Part shown: piece after piece, positions 42,713 through 51,634 of the stretch
Layout: each line of letters opens with the position of its first letter
How positions within the stretch are numbered: the first letter of the stretch is position 1
Sequence record: DRR378314_1639
Direction: 5' to 3' (one strand)
DNA: 57,280 bases
Position numbers and translations under genes: made by a program
The notes under the pieces: generated by a model
What the model was told of the DNA's origin: nothing
Database searches by the model: none
The model's input: the letters and a program-made list of their open reading frames with translations, nothing else

Positions 42713-44002
42713 TTAACTCGCTGTTGTCTGTTCTGATTCGTCTACGTTACGGTCAAATAGCGCCGCGATAAAGTCTTTTGCCACAAAAGGCCGTAAATCT
42801 TCTAAGCTTTCGCCCACACCAATATAGCGAATCGGAATAGCGAACTGGTCTGCGACCGCGAAAATCACCCCGCCTTTTGCGGTGCCGTCGAGCTTAGTCA
42901 TCACAATACCCGAAACGCCCACGGCCTCGGTAAAGAGTTTTGCCTGGCTAATAGCATTCTGACCGGTACCAGCGTCAAGCGTCAGCATCACTTCGTGCGG
43001 CGCTTCCGGGTCCAGCTTTTTCATTACCCGAACCAGCTTTTTCAGCTCTTCCATTAAGTTGGCTTTATTTTGCAGGCGTCCGGCGGTGTCCGCAATAAGC
43101 ACATCAACGTCGCGTGCTTTAGCAGCCTGCAGCGCGTCATACAGAACAGAAGCGCTGTCGGCTCCGGTATGCTGAGCAATAACCGGAATGTCGTTACGCT
43201 CGCCCCACACCTGAAGCTGTTCTACCGCCGCCGCACGGAAAGTATCGCCGGCGGCCAGCATTACCGACTTACCTTCAGCTTTAAATTGCTTAGCCAGCTT
43301 GCCAATAGTGGTGGTTTTGCCCACACCGTTTACGCCGGTCATTAGAATCACATAAGGCGAGTCAGATTCCGGTATCTCCAGACGCTTATCGACTGGTTTT
43401 AAAATCTCGGCTAACTGCTCTTGTAACAGCTCATACAAAGCTTCCGCGTCTTTTAACTGCTTGCGGTCAGCTTGTTTTGTCAGATTATCAATAATTTTGG
43501 TGGTGGTCGCGACACCCAAATCTGCCATTAATAGCTGAGTTTCGAGTTCTTCAAACAGGTCGTCATCAATTTTCTTACCACGGAATACGCCAATAAGACC
43601 TGAACCGATAGAACCGGAAGTTCTGCGTAAACCTTGGGTCAGACGTGCCCAGAAACCTTTCTTCTCACCCTTCTCTTTCGGTGCGGCTTCGGTTGGTTCT
43701 GGTTCAACAACTGACTCAGGCTCGTTAACCACTTCAGGTTGAGCTGCTTCTTTCGCTTCCGGAGCAGTTTTTGCCGCATGCGATTCAGCGGTAACTTGCG
43801 CACAGTCGTCAGCTGCACTGGGCAATTCTTCGCGTGTCTCGATTCTTTCTGGTTTCGGCTCGTCCTGACGCTTAGGTTCAGGCTCAGCTTCTGAGTCAGG
43901 CTCTGGCTGCTCTTGTTCTTCTACTACTGCATCTTCTTTTTTCTCTTCGGCCTCGGGTGCCTTTTCATTACGCTTTTTCTTAAACAGCGAAAACATCGAC
44001 AT
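42713..44002 (-). CDS. ftsY: SRP receptor FtsY
   Basis: Acidic E/P-rich A domain, GVNGVGKTT, DTFRAAA, DTAGR and TKLDGTAKGG. Confidence 0.98.
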   Translation of the reverse strand: MSMFSLFKKKRNEKAPEAEEKKEDAVVEEQEQPEPDSEAEPEPKRQDEPKPERIETREELPSAADDCAQVTAESHAAKTAPEAKEAAQPEVVNEPESVVEPEPTEAAPKEKGEKKGFWARLTQGLRRTSGSIGSGLIGVFRGKKIDDDLFEELETQLLMADLGVATTTKIIDNLTKQADRKQLKDAEALYELLQEQLAEILKPVDKRLEIPESDSPYVILMTGVNGVGKTTTIGKLAKQFKAEGKSVMLAAGDTFRAAAVEQLQVWGERNDIPVIAQHTGADSASVLYDALQAAKARDVDVLIADTAGRLQNKANLMEELKKLVRVMKKLDPEAPHEVMLTLDAGTGQNAISQAKLFTEAVGVSGIVMTKLDGTAKGGVIFAVADQFAIPIRYIGVGESLEDLRPFVAKDFIAALFDRNVDESEQTTAS

Positions 44003-44105
44003 ATTGGTTTCCTTGGAACTGACACGCAGGAATCGTTAAACTATAGGCTTTAGTTTACCATGCTGTTAACAAACTGACGACGGTCTGAATAAAGGAAGCC
44101 ACAGA

Positions 44106-44687
44106 GTGAGACAAAAACGCCAGACAAGCGCCAGCGGCGACTATCGGATTATTGGCGGAAAATGGCGCGGTCGTCGCCTTCCCGTTGCCGACAGCCCGGG
44201 TTTACGTCCCACCACGGACCGCGTACGCGAAACTCTGTTTAACTGGCTGCAGTGGGACATTACTGACGCCCGGGTGCTGGACTTATTTGCCGGCAGTGGC
44301 AGCTTAGGTTTCGAGGCTGCGTCGCGCGGAGCGGCTCAGGTGACCCTGATAGAAACCGTAAAACCCGTCAGCCAGCAGTTACAGAATAATGTCAGCTTGT
44401 TAAGCAGTGAAAACATTGATGTTATTACTCATAACGCACTCGACTGGCTGCAAACTGAATCCGCTGAAGCATACGACATGGTTTTTATTGACCCGCCGTT
44501 TCGCAAAGGGCTGGCTGATAAAACATTAAAACTACTGGATGAAAGCAACTGGCTGGCAGCCGACAATCAGGTGTATCTGGAAACAGAAAAAGAGTGGCCA
44601 TTGAAATTACCGGCAAACTGGCGTGTGACCAAAGAGAAAACTCACGGACAAGTTTGCTTTCGCTTACTGACTAAGGACATAGAATGA
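44106..44687 (+). CDS. rsmD: 16S rRNA m2G966 methyltransferase
   Basis: RIIGGKWRGR, RPTTDRVRETLFNWL, DLFAGSG and DPPF; divergent from ftsY. Confidence 0.96.
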   Translation: MRQKRQTSASGDYRIIGGKWRGRRLPVADSPGLRPTTDRVRETLFNWLQWDITDARVLDLFAGSGSLGFEAASRGAAQVTLIETVKPVSQQLQNNVSLLSSENIDVITHNALDWLQTESAEAYDMVFIDPPFRKGLADKTLKLLDESNWLAADNQVYLETEKEWPLKLPANWRVTKEKTHGQVCFRLLTKDIE

Positions 44688-44986
44688 AAGTTATTATTAT
44701 TGCTGGCAAAGTGGTTTTTGCCGTTATCTGGCTGGGTCTTTTTGCTCTGCTTGCAGGAGCAAACGGCGAGCTCAGCACTCAGTCCATTGGTTTGCTGAGC
44801 TTATTATTAGCCATTATGGTTATTACTCACTTGCTGCTGCTTGGTATTTTTGTTGCCACCATGAAAGAGGTCTTTCCCTGGCGCAAAGGCGACAGCTGGC
44901 AAATTCTGGCCTTTGGCATTTTCGCCTGGCTGTCTATTCTTCAGCGTCCAAAGCCAGACCAAGGTTCGACACCCCCTCGTCGTTAA
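44684..44986 (+). CDS. Small membrane protein (YhhL/DUF1145-like)
   Basis: Hydrophobic, GK....W, H and QIL.FGIF; follows rsmD as yhhL does. Confidence 0.7.
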   Translation: MKVIIIAGKVVFAVIWLGLFALLAGANGELSTQSIGLLSLLLAIMVITHLLLLGIFVATMKEVFPWRKGDSWQILAFGIFAWLSILQRPKPDQGSTPPRR

Positions 44987-45542
44987 GCATCATTTTTAAC
45001 TGGCTTACCAAAGCTCTGTTTACCGCAGGCTGTTGTTCAAGAAAGTTGATCATGGCCTGCTGAATCGCAACTTCGTATTCCATTAGCTCATGTGTCTGAA
45101 CGTGTTCTTTTAACTGCTCGGTACCCACTTCTTCGGCGTCATTGAGTTCAATAAATTTCGCCACACTGGCTTGTGATATTTTTGCCACATCCAGAAAGTT
45201 AGATCCGTTATCGTCCAGCAGCCCCTGCAACAACGTACTCAACGCCGTGCAGGCATCCATTGCCGGGTAGACACCCAGCATATCGTGCCCGTATTCACTG
45301 GGCGTTTGCTCGTCGACTTTTTCCTGCCAGCGGGTAAAGTTAACCTTCGTTTTCTTCGGGTTCGCGACCCAGTCCCAGCAGGCATTTAGCGTGCCGTGCA
45401 AAGGTTTACTGTCGCCAAAGCCCGTTAGCTGATGAAAAAAGTCATAGTTTGGAACCATACGTTCACAGAGGTATAACGCCATAACAATTTGCTGTTCACG
45501 CGGCAGTTCGCGTATGCGCTGAAAGGTATCGAGTTGACTCAC
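44934..45542 (-). CDS. YjaG/DUF416-family protein
   Basis: LCERM.PNY..F, GVYPAMDAC and VSNLGL. Confidence 0.85.
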   Translation of the reverse strand: MSQLDTFQRIRELPREQQIVMALYLCERMVPNYDFFHQLTGFGDSKPLHGTLNACWDWVANPKKTKVNFTRWQEKVDEQTPSEYGHDMLGVYPAMDACTALSTLLQGLLDDNGSNFLDVAKISQASVAKFIELNDAEEVGTEQLKEHVQTHELMEYEVAIQQAMINFLEQQPAVNRALVSQLKMMLNDEGVSNLGLALDAEE

Positions 45543-45604
45543 GTTCCGGCTCCAGACAGTGTATGCTTATCACTGTGTCGTTTTATTCGTTAAGGGCTCG
45601 TATT

Positions 45605-46564
45605 ATGCCGAAGTTATCGCTCCCCTGCCATGCCGATGTCGTACAAGCGCAGCAAAGAATTAATAGCTATACCGTCAAGACCCCTGTACTGACAAACCCT
45701 GCGTTAAATCAGCAATTGGGCTGCGAATTATTTTTCAAATGCGAGAATTTGCAACGTACCGGGGCCTTTAAATTCCGTGGTGCCACTAACGCGCTACTTA
45801 AGCTTAGCCCGGAGCAGCGCCAGCAAGGGGTTATCACCGTGTCTTCCGGCAATCATGGTGCGGCATTAGCCCATGCAGGTAAAGCTTTGGGTGTAAAAGT
45901 AAAAGTGGGTGTACCCATTAATGCTCCCGCAATAAAACGGCAAAATATTGAAGCCGGTGGTGCGGAAACTACCGACATAGAACCCGGTATGGCAGCGCGT
46001 GAAGCCATTGTGGCCAAGTGGCAAAAGGAAGGTAAAAGTCACTTTATACCGCCTTATGATCATGCCGACATTATTGCCGGTCAGGGCACAGCAACACTTG
46101 AGTTACTGGAGCAAACTGACGCACTGGATGCGGTAATCACGCCACTGGGTGGTGGGGGCTTGCTTTCAGGAGCTTGTCTTGCCTGCGACGGTACCGAAAT
46201 ACAAGTGTTCGGTGCGGAGCCGGAATTAGCGAATGATGCTTTCTTGTCATTAAAAGCCGGAGAGCGGCAACCGGCGTTACCCGCGAAAAGCCTGTGCGAT
46301 GGCTTACTGACTCAAGTTGGTGAATTGCCTTTTGCTATTATTCAGCAACGTATCAGCGATATCTTAGTCTTGAAGGATGAAGACACCCTAAGCGCCATGA
46401 AGCTGATTTGGCATCATCTGAAAATTATTGTGGAACCGTCGTCTGCTATCGCTTTAGCTGCGGTTATACAAAATAAGTCGCTATTTGAAGGTAAACGAGT
46501 GGGGTTGGTGCTGAGCGGTGGTAATGTTGCAGCGCAGCCGGAAGATATAAAGCTGCGCCAGTAG
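45605..46564 (+). CDS. PLP-dependent threonine/serine dehydratase-like enzyme (no ACT domain)
   Basis: KCENLQRTGAFKFRGA, SSGNHG, GGGGLLSG and LSGGN. Start probably ATG 45605. Confidence 0.88.
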   Translation: MPKLSLPCHADVVQAQQRINSYTVKTPVLTNPALNQQLGCELFFKCENLQRTGAFKFRGATNALLKLSPEQRQQGVITVSSGNHGAALAHAGKALGVKVKVGVPINAPAIKRQNIEAGGAETTDIEPGMAAREAIVAKWQKEGKSHFIPPYDHADIIAGQGTATLELLEQTDALDAVITPLGGGGLLSGACLACDGTEIQVFGAEPELANDAFLSLKAGERQPALPAKSLCDGLLTQVGELPFAIIQQRISDILVLKDEDTLSAMKLIWHHLKIIVEPSSAIALAAVIQNKSLFEGKRVGLVLSGGNVAAQPEDIKLRQ

Positions 46565-46582
46565 TCGAGCCTATATCAAAAC

Positions 46583-47014
46583 TTAGGTTGCGAAGATTTG
46601 ACTGTCGTCGTTGAAGGTTTTGAATTCTAGCGCGTTACCGCAGTAATCGTAGAAGAACATAGTGCCCTGCTCGCCCGGCTTACCTTTGAAGCGAATGTAG
46701 GGTTCTATGACAAACTCAATATCCGCAGCTTTCACACGTTCTGCCAACGCTTCCCAGTCGTCACGTAATAAGACAACGCCAAAATGTGGAACAGGAACCG
46801 AATGACCATCAACGCCGCTGTGATTTTTTAAACCGGCAACATTGGGCGCTACATGAGTCACAAACTGGTGACCAAAGAAGTTCCAGTCTATCCATTCGTC
46901 ACTGCTGCGTCCTTGTGACAGCCCAAGCACATCGCCATAAAACGAACGAGCATTATCGAGTGAGCTGACAGGAATGGCTAAATGAAAGGGTCGTACATTA
47001 GTTGTGTCTGACAT
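46583..47014 (-). CDS. VOC/glyoxalase-family protein
   Basis: [18 protein letters not shown] and GNALEFK. Confidence 0.88.
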   Translation of the reverse strand: MSDTTNVRPFHLAIPVSSLDNARSFYGDVLGLSQGRSSDEWIDWNFFGHQFVTHVAPNVAGLKNHSGVDGHSVPVPHFGVVLLRDDWEALAERVKAADIEFVIEPYIRFKGKPGEQGTMFFYDYCGNALEFKTFNDDSQIFAT

Positions 47015-47043
47015 ACTGCTAAATTGCCTTGCTCTTTAGCCAC

Positions 47044-47274
47044 TTAATGGCTGAGCTTTGCCGTTATGTTTTGTGGTGTACTGGTTTGCGGCGAACGACG
47101 CCACATTCTGACACCAATAGCGAACACAAGAAGCGCCCAGTTTACCGGTGGAATGAAACCGGCGGTTAATACCGCTAACAAATTCCATAGTGGTTTTTTC
47201 TGATGCTGGCCCACTAAAGTATAAAACAATAGAGCGGCTACGAGTCCTTGGAGTACCATGAGGCTCAATAGCAT
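47044..47274 (-). CDS. Small hypothetical membrane protein (76 aa)
   Basis: AAGGA SD before ATG 47274; hydrophobic segments around FIPPVNW. Confidence 0.6.
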   Translation of the reverse strand: MLLSLMVLQGLVAALLFYTLVGQHQKKPLWNLLAVLTAGFIPPVNWALLVFAIGVRMWRRSPQTSTPQNITAKLSH

Positions 47275-47425
47275 AAGTCTTTCCTTTTCGTTATTTAAAA
47301 AACGTCTTTGCGTTTCTGTTTTTTGTTCTAAATCAGCTTTTACTCGCAAGTAATTACTGATAGATAAAGACTACTCAATTATGACTAAACTGTAAAACTT
47401 TGTATAAGTCTATGAAATTAAAAGT

Positions 47426-47451
47426 AAAAAACCGACCAAAAGGCCGGTTTT
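47426..47451 (-). terminator. Intrinsic terminator of the CBS-CGL operon
   Basis: On the minus strand AAAACCGGCC-TTTT-GGTCGGTTTTTT. Confidence 0.8.
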
Positions 47452-47488
47452 ACATATTAAATATTGAATTTTTAATCGTTAATAGCGA

Positions 47489-48661
47489 TTAAAATGCATT
47501 AAGCGCGTTGTCTAAGTCGGCTTTAAGATCATCCAGATCTTCAATACCAACAGACACCCGCACGAAGTTATCCAGAATGCCTAACTTCTCACGATTCTCT
47601 TTTGGAACCGATGCGTGAGTCATAATAGCCGGGTGCTCAATCAACGATTCAACGCCGCCCAAGCTTTCCGCCAGAGCAAACACTTCTACCGACTCCAGGA
47701 ATTTGCGCGCCGCTTCTAAATCACCTTTCAGTAAAATAGAAATCATGCCGCCAAAGCCCTGCATCTGCTTTTTAGCCAACTCGTGCTGAGGATGGCTTTC
47801 AAGTCCCGGGTAAATGACTTTTTCCACTTTCGGGTGTTGCTCAAGCCACTTAGCTAATTCCATTGCCGCTTCGTTGTGATGACGCATACGCAATGCCAAC
47901 GTCTTCACGCCGCGCAGTGCCAGGTATGAGTCAAACGGACCGGCAATAGCACCTGCTGAGTTCTGTAAGAACAGCATACTCTCAACCAGGTCGTCATTGT
48001 CGCCCACAACAGCAATACCGCCGACCATATCAGAGTGACCATTGAGGTATTTGGTTGCCGAATGCATAACCATGTCTGCGCCCATCTCCAGCGGACGCTG
48101 GTTAAACGGCGTAGCGAAGGTGTTGTCCACCACCACAATAATGTCCGGGTTCTTTTTCTTCGCCAGTTTAACGATGGCTTCAATGTCGACCAGTTTCAGC
48201 ATCGGGTTGCTTGGCGTCTCGACCCAAATCATGCGGGTGTTGTCCTGAATGCTGGCTTCCACTGCGCTTAAGTCAGCTAAGTCGACATAAGAGAATTTCA
48301 GGCCAGCAGAGCGTCCGCGCACTTTATCGAATAAGCGGAAGCTACCGCCGTATAAATCGTCCATAGCAACGATGTGATCGCCGCTGTCCAGCAGTTCAAG
48401 AATGGTCGAGGTTGCTGCCATACCAGACGCAAAAGCCAGCCCTTGCTTGCCACCTTCCAGCGATGCAACCGAACGTTCCCAGGCAAAACGCGTGGGGTTG
48501 TGTGAGCGTGAATACTCAAAACCTTTGTGTTGGCCCGGGCTTTCCTGAGCATAGGTAGAGCTAGTAAAAATAGGAGGCATTACCGCACCGGTAACAGGCT
48601 CCGGAGACTGCCCGCCGTGAATGGCGCGCGTCGCGAATTTCATCGTTTTTTCATTTGCCAT
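47489..48661 (-). CDS. Cystathionine gamma-lyase/gamma-synthase family PLP enzyme
   Basis: YSRSHNPTR, FASGMAA, ETPSNP, HSATKYLNGHSD and AESLGGVESL; start at ATG 48661. Confidence 0.92.
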   Translation of the reverse strand: MANEKTMKFATRAIHGGQSPEPVTGAVMPPIFTSSTYAQESPGQHKGFEYSRSHNPTRFAWERSVASLEGGKQGLAFASGMAATSTILELLDSGDHIVAMDDLYGGSFRLFDKVRGRSAGLKFSYVDLADLSAVEASIQDNTRMIWVETPSNPMLKLVDIEAIVKLAKKKNPDIIVVVDNTFATPFNQRPLEMGADMVMHSATKYLNGHSDMVGGIAVVGDNDDLVESMLFLQNSAGAIAGPFDSYLALRGVKTLALRMRHHNEAAMELAKWLEQHPKVEKVIYPGLESHPQHELAKKQMQGFGGMISILLKGDLEAARKFLESVEVFALAESLGGVESLIEHPAIMTHASVPKENREKLGILDNFVRVSVGIEDLDDLKADLDNALNAF

Positions 48662-48689
48662 GATTCGGTTCCTTAATTTACAACAAGTA

Positions 48690-49655
48690 TTACAGCAGGT
48701 TTTGCTCACGCATCCAGTCGTCGTTGAACAGCTTGGACAAGTAACGGTTACCCGTATCACAAGCTAGCGTCACAACGCGTTTTGGCTCGGTTTGTTGTTG
48801 GCAATAACGCAGCGCCGCTGCAATTAAAGTTCCGCTTGACGAACCCACCATAACGCCTTCTTTTTCCAGTACTTTACGCGCGGTTTGCATGCCTTCTTTA
48901 TCAGAAATAGCAAATGCAGTATTGGCTAATTTGATGTCACAAATGGTCGGGATAAAATCTTCACCAATGCCTTCGGCCAACCAGCTGCCAGCTTCCACTT
49001 CTTCGTTACGGTTAACCAGTGGTTCTAAAATAGAACCTGCCGGATCAGCCAACACTAAGTCGATATCGCTTTTTTGTTCGCGTAAATAACGGCCAACACC
49101 GGTTAAGGTTCCGCCAGAGCCAACACCACAAACGAACGCATCCAGTTTACCTTCCATTTGTTCCCAAATTTCCGGACCAGTGGTTTTGTAGTGAGCATCG
49201 ACGTTTGCCGGGTTTTCAAATTGGTTTACATAGTAGTAACCGTTTTCTTCCGCCATGCGCGCTGCCATATCCTGATAATACTCAGGGTGGCCTTTTTGTA
49301 CGTCGGAGCGCGTCTGTACCACTTCGGCACCCATAGCACGCAGGTTGTTTACTTTCTCCTGGCTCATTTTGTCAGGCATAACAATTTTCAGCGGATAACC
49401 TTTGCTCGCCGCCACTAACGCCAGACCCAGCCCGGTATTACCGGCAGTCGCTTCAATAATGGTATCGCCCGGCTTTAATTTGCCTTGCTTTTCAGCCTGT
49501 TCAACCATTTCCACCGCAATACGGTCTTTAATTGAGCCGCCCGGGTTCTGCAGCTCGAGTTTTAAATACAGCTCGCACGGGCCGGTGTCCATATTGGTAA
49601 CGCGCACCATTGGCGTGTTGCCGACCATTTCCATTACATTATTAAAAACTTTCAT
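48690..49655 (-). CDS. Cystathionine beta-synthase/cysteine synthase family enzyme (catalytic core only)
   Basis: NPGGSIKDR, EATAGNTG, GSGGT and EGIGEDF; co-oriented with the CGL-family gene. Confidence 0.9.
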   Translation of the reverse strand: MKVFNNVMEMVGNTPMVRVTNMDTGPCELYLKLELQNPGGSIKDRIAVEMVEQAEKQGKLKPGDTIIEATAGNTGLGLALVAASKGYPLKIVMPDKMSQEKVNNLRAMGAEVVQTRSDVQKGHPEYYQDMAARMAEENGYYYVNQFENPANVDAHYKTTGPEIWEQMEGKLDAFVCGVGSGGTLTGVGRYLREQKSDIDLVLADPAGSILEPLVNRNEEVEAGSWLAEGIGEDFIPTICDIKLANTAFAISDKEGMQTARKVLEKEGVMVGSSSGTLIAAALRYCQQQTEPKRVVTLACDTGNRYLSKLFNDDWMREQNLL

Positions 49656-49783
49656 ATTGGCTCGCTTTGTTGTCGAGTGTCTGGTTCAATATTAGGCCAT
49701 TATCCCTTGACTGAGCTCGCTAAACAACCTTGCGCTTAGAACCGGATGATAGTTGTTATAACTAACCCCAAAATGAGGCTGTT

Positions 49784-50806
49784 ATGCTGGATTTACGCAG
49801 TGATACCGTAACCCTTCCCAGCGCTGCTATGCGCACCACCATTGCCGAAGCGACCGTCGGTGATGATGTTTATGGTGAAGACCCGTCAATTAACGCGCTG
49901 GAAAAGCGGGTGGCTGAATTGCTGGGTAAAGAAGATGCTTTGCTGTGCAGCTCGGGTACCCAAAGTAACTTACTGGGGTTAATGAGCCACTGCCGTAATG
50001 GCGAAGAATACATTGTGGGCCAGGAATATCACACTTACCGGTACGAAGCCGGCGGCGCTGCAGTTTTAGGCAGCATAGTGCCACAGACGGTAGAAGTAGA
50101 AGCGGACGGAACCTTGTCGCTTGAAACTATTGAAAAGCGTATAAAACCCAACGACCCGCACTTTCCTATCACCCGCTTGCTGGCCTTTGAAAATACCCAC
50201 GGCGGGCAGTTAATAGACCAGGACTATTTTGATAAAGCCCGTATTCTGGCCGGCCAAAACGGTTTGTCCATGCATTTAGACGGCGCCCGCCTGCCCAACG
50301 CCGCTATTGCCAGCGGCCGCAGCATGGCGGAACTTGCCGCGCCTTTCGACAGCGTGTCTCTATGTTGTTCAAAAGGTCTTGGTGCGCCTATTGGTTCACT
50401 GCTGGCAGGCTCAAAAGAATTAATTGCCCGCGCTCGACGTTGGCGCAAAATGGTCGGCGGCGGTATGCGTCAGGCCGGGTTTGTTGCCGTAGCCATTGAT
50501 TACGCGTTAACGCATCAGTTTGAGCGTATACAGCAGGACCACGAAAACGCGAAATGGTTGTTTGAACAACTTTCTGAGTTGCTGGCAGGTACCGAAGCCA
50601 AAGTCCGCTATTCCGGTACCAACATGACCTTTGTCGAGCTATCGGACAGTTTACCGGCGGACAGCTTGCGGGAACTGATGGCAGAGAATGAGATTAAACT
50701 GCCCGGCGGCCAGAAACTGCGACTGGTGTGCCACCTGAATGTCAGCCGCGAACAGCTGGAGCGTTTTGTCGAATTGTTCAAACAGTGGCTTATTCGCGAG
50801 CACTGA
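49784..50806 (+). CDS. ltaE: Low-specificity L-threonine aldolase
   Basis: DLRSDTVT, GDDVYGEDP, HLDGAR, SKGLGAP and GGGMRQAG. Confidence 0.95.
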   Translation: MLDLRSDTVTLPSAAMRTTIAEATVGDDVYGEDPSINALEKRVAELLGKEDALLCSSGTQSNLLGLMSHCRNGEEYIVGQEYHTYRYEAGGAAVLGSIVPQTVEVEADGTLSLETIEKRIKPNDPHFPITRLLAFENTHGGQLIDQDYFDKARILAGQNGLSMHLDGARLPNAAIASGRSMAELAAPFDSVSLCCSKGLGAPIGSLLAGSKELIARARRWRKMVGGGMRQAGFVAVAIDYALTHQFERIQQDHENAKWLFEQLSELLAGTEAKVRYSGTNMTFVELSDSLPADSLRELMAENEIKLPGGQKLRLVCHLNVSREQLERFVELFKQWLIREH

Positions 50807-50817
50807 GGTTGCAGTCC

Positions 50818-50925
50818 GTAGCCTGACGTTCACGTCAGGTGGGGTGTCAAGCTAACCACCAATGGTAATTCTTACCTCTTGGTATAAACGGGCAGATCGC
50901 ACCTGATGCAATAGCATCAGGCTAC
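50818..50925. repeat. REPIN/BIME-like element made of two inverted GTAG-type REP palindromes
   Basis: GTAG-CCTGACGT-TC-ACGTCAGG-TG (50818-50841) and, on the minus strand, GTAG-CCTGATGC-TATT-GCATCAGG-TG (50925-50900). The 58-bp spacer contains its own hairpin. Confidence 0.75.
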
Positions 50926-51260
50926 CCTTCTTCGGCTTCTTTATCTTCTGGGCCTTTGATTTCCATGACCTGAGCTCTTTGCTTCAGAACTTTCTCTTCC
51001 GATGCCACAAATCGCTTCAGGAGTTGCCTAATTAGCGGTTGGTATCCCAAGTTATAATGCTCTGCGATGGTCTTCAAATCGTCGATGAGCTCTTCTTCCA
51101 TACGAATAGATATAGGCCGCAGTCGCACAGACTGATTGATTGCATCTTCTATTGCCTGGTCAAATCCCACACGTTCTACATAAGCTTCTTCTTGACCTAA
51201 TTCACCACTATCCCATTTTTCATCTTGCTCAACCGCTTCTCTGATATCTTCTTTTTTCAT
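50922..51260 (-). CDS. Putative antitoxin, CopG/BrnA-like ribbon-helix-helix
   Basis: Acidic N-terminus (KWDSGELG), then ISIRMEEELIDDLKTIA...GYQPLIRQLLKRF, an RHH-like pattern; GGAGAG SD before ATG 51260. Confidence 0.7.
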   Translation of the reverse strand: MKKEDIREAVEQDEKWDSGELGQEEAYVERVGFDQAIEDAINQSVRLRPISIRMEEELIDDLKTIAEHYNLGYQPLIRQLLKRFVASEEKVLKQRAQVMEIKGPEDKEAEEG

Positions 51261-51289
51261 ACGACTCTCCAATTCATGCCGGGATATTT

Positions 51290-51571
51290 TTAGCTTCCAT
51301 ACTTTTCATAGATTTTTTGCTCTAACGAATTAGCTTCATAAGCAGTCTTTATATAGATAACTCCGTTAGAATGAATGAAGCAAACTTTTAGCTTTACCCC
51401 GTTATCTGTCTCGGATACAAACCATTGAGTAGGTGGAATGGTGCCATGCTTCTCTCTTTGATCTTTCAAGAAGCCACCTTGTCTATTTGCAAAAGCCTCT
51501 CTGATCATGCTTTCTGAGACGTTATGCTTGTTCTTTAGTTTTTCCCTAACTTTATCGCTAATTTCCAGCAC
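51290..51571 (-). CDS. Putative BrnT/DUF4258-like (RelE-fold) toxin
   Basis: 93 aa, basic; KL..KH.VS...I.EAF.N, TDNG..LKVCF and IKTAY patterns; toxin-first order with an RHH partner; GGAGG SD before the GTG start. Confidence 0.65.
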   Translation of the reverse strand: MLEISDKVREKLKNKHNVSESMIREAFANRQGGFLKDQREKHGTIPPTQWFVSETDNGVKLKVCFIHSNGVIYIKTAYEANSLEQKIYEKYGS

Positions 51572-51585
51572 AACTCCTCCATTGA

Positions 51586-51614
51586 ATTGTAGCGCAATAC
51601 ATCTGTATATACAA
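51586..51614 (-). promoter_or_regulatory. Sigma-70 promoter of the TA pair with an overlapping palindrome
   Basis: On the minus strand TTGTAT-N17-TACAAT; the perfect palindrome TGTATATACA (51604-51613) overlaps the -35. Confidence 0.7.
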
Positions 51615-51634
51615 AAGGCTCATAAATAAATTGG

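Noticed and set aside
43680-43960. E/P-rich low-complexity repeats in ftsY
   Set aside because: This is the normal variable acidic A domain.
48662-48760. Cys-rich N-terminal extension of the CGL-family ORF
   Set aside because: It is an alternative-frame read of the CBS 3' end; an SD supports the start at 48661.
50818-50925. Integron attC site or CRISPR mini-array interpretation
   Set aside because: No RYYYAAC/GTTRRRY ends, the units are inverted and non-identical, and there are no cas or intI genes; REP architecture fits better.
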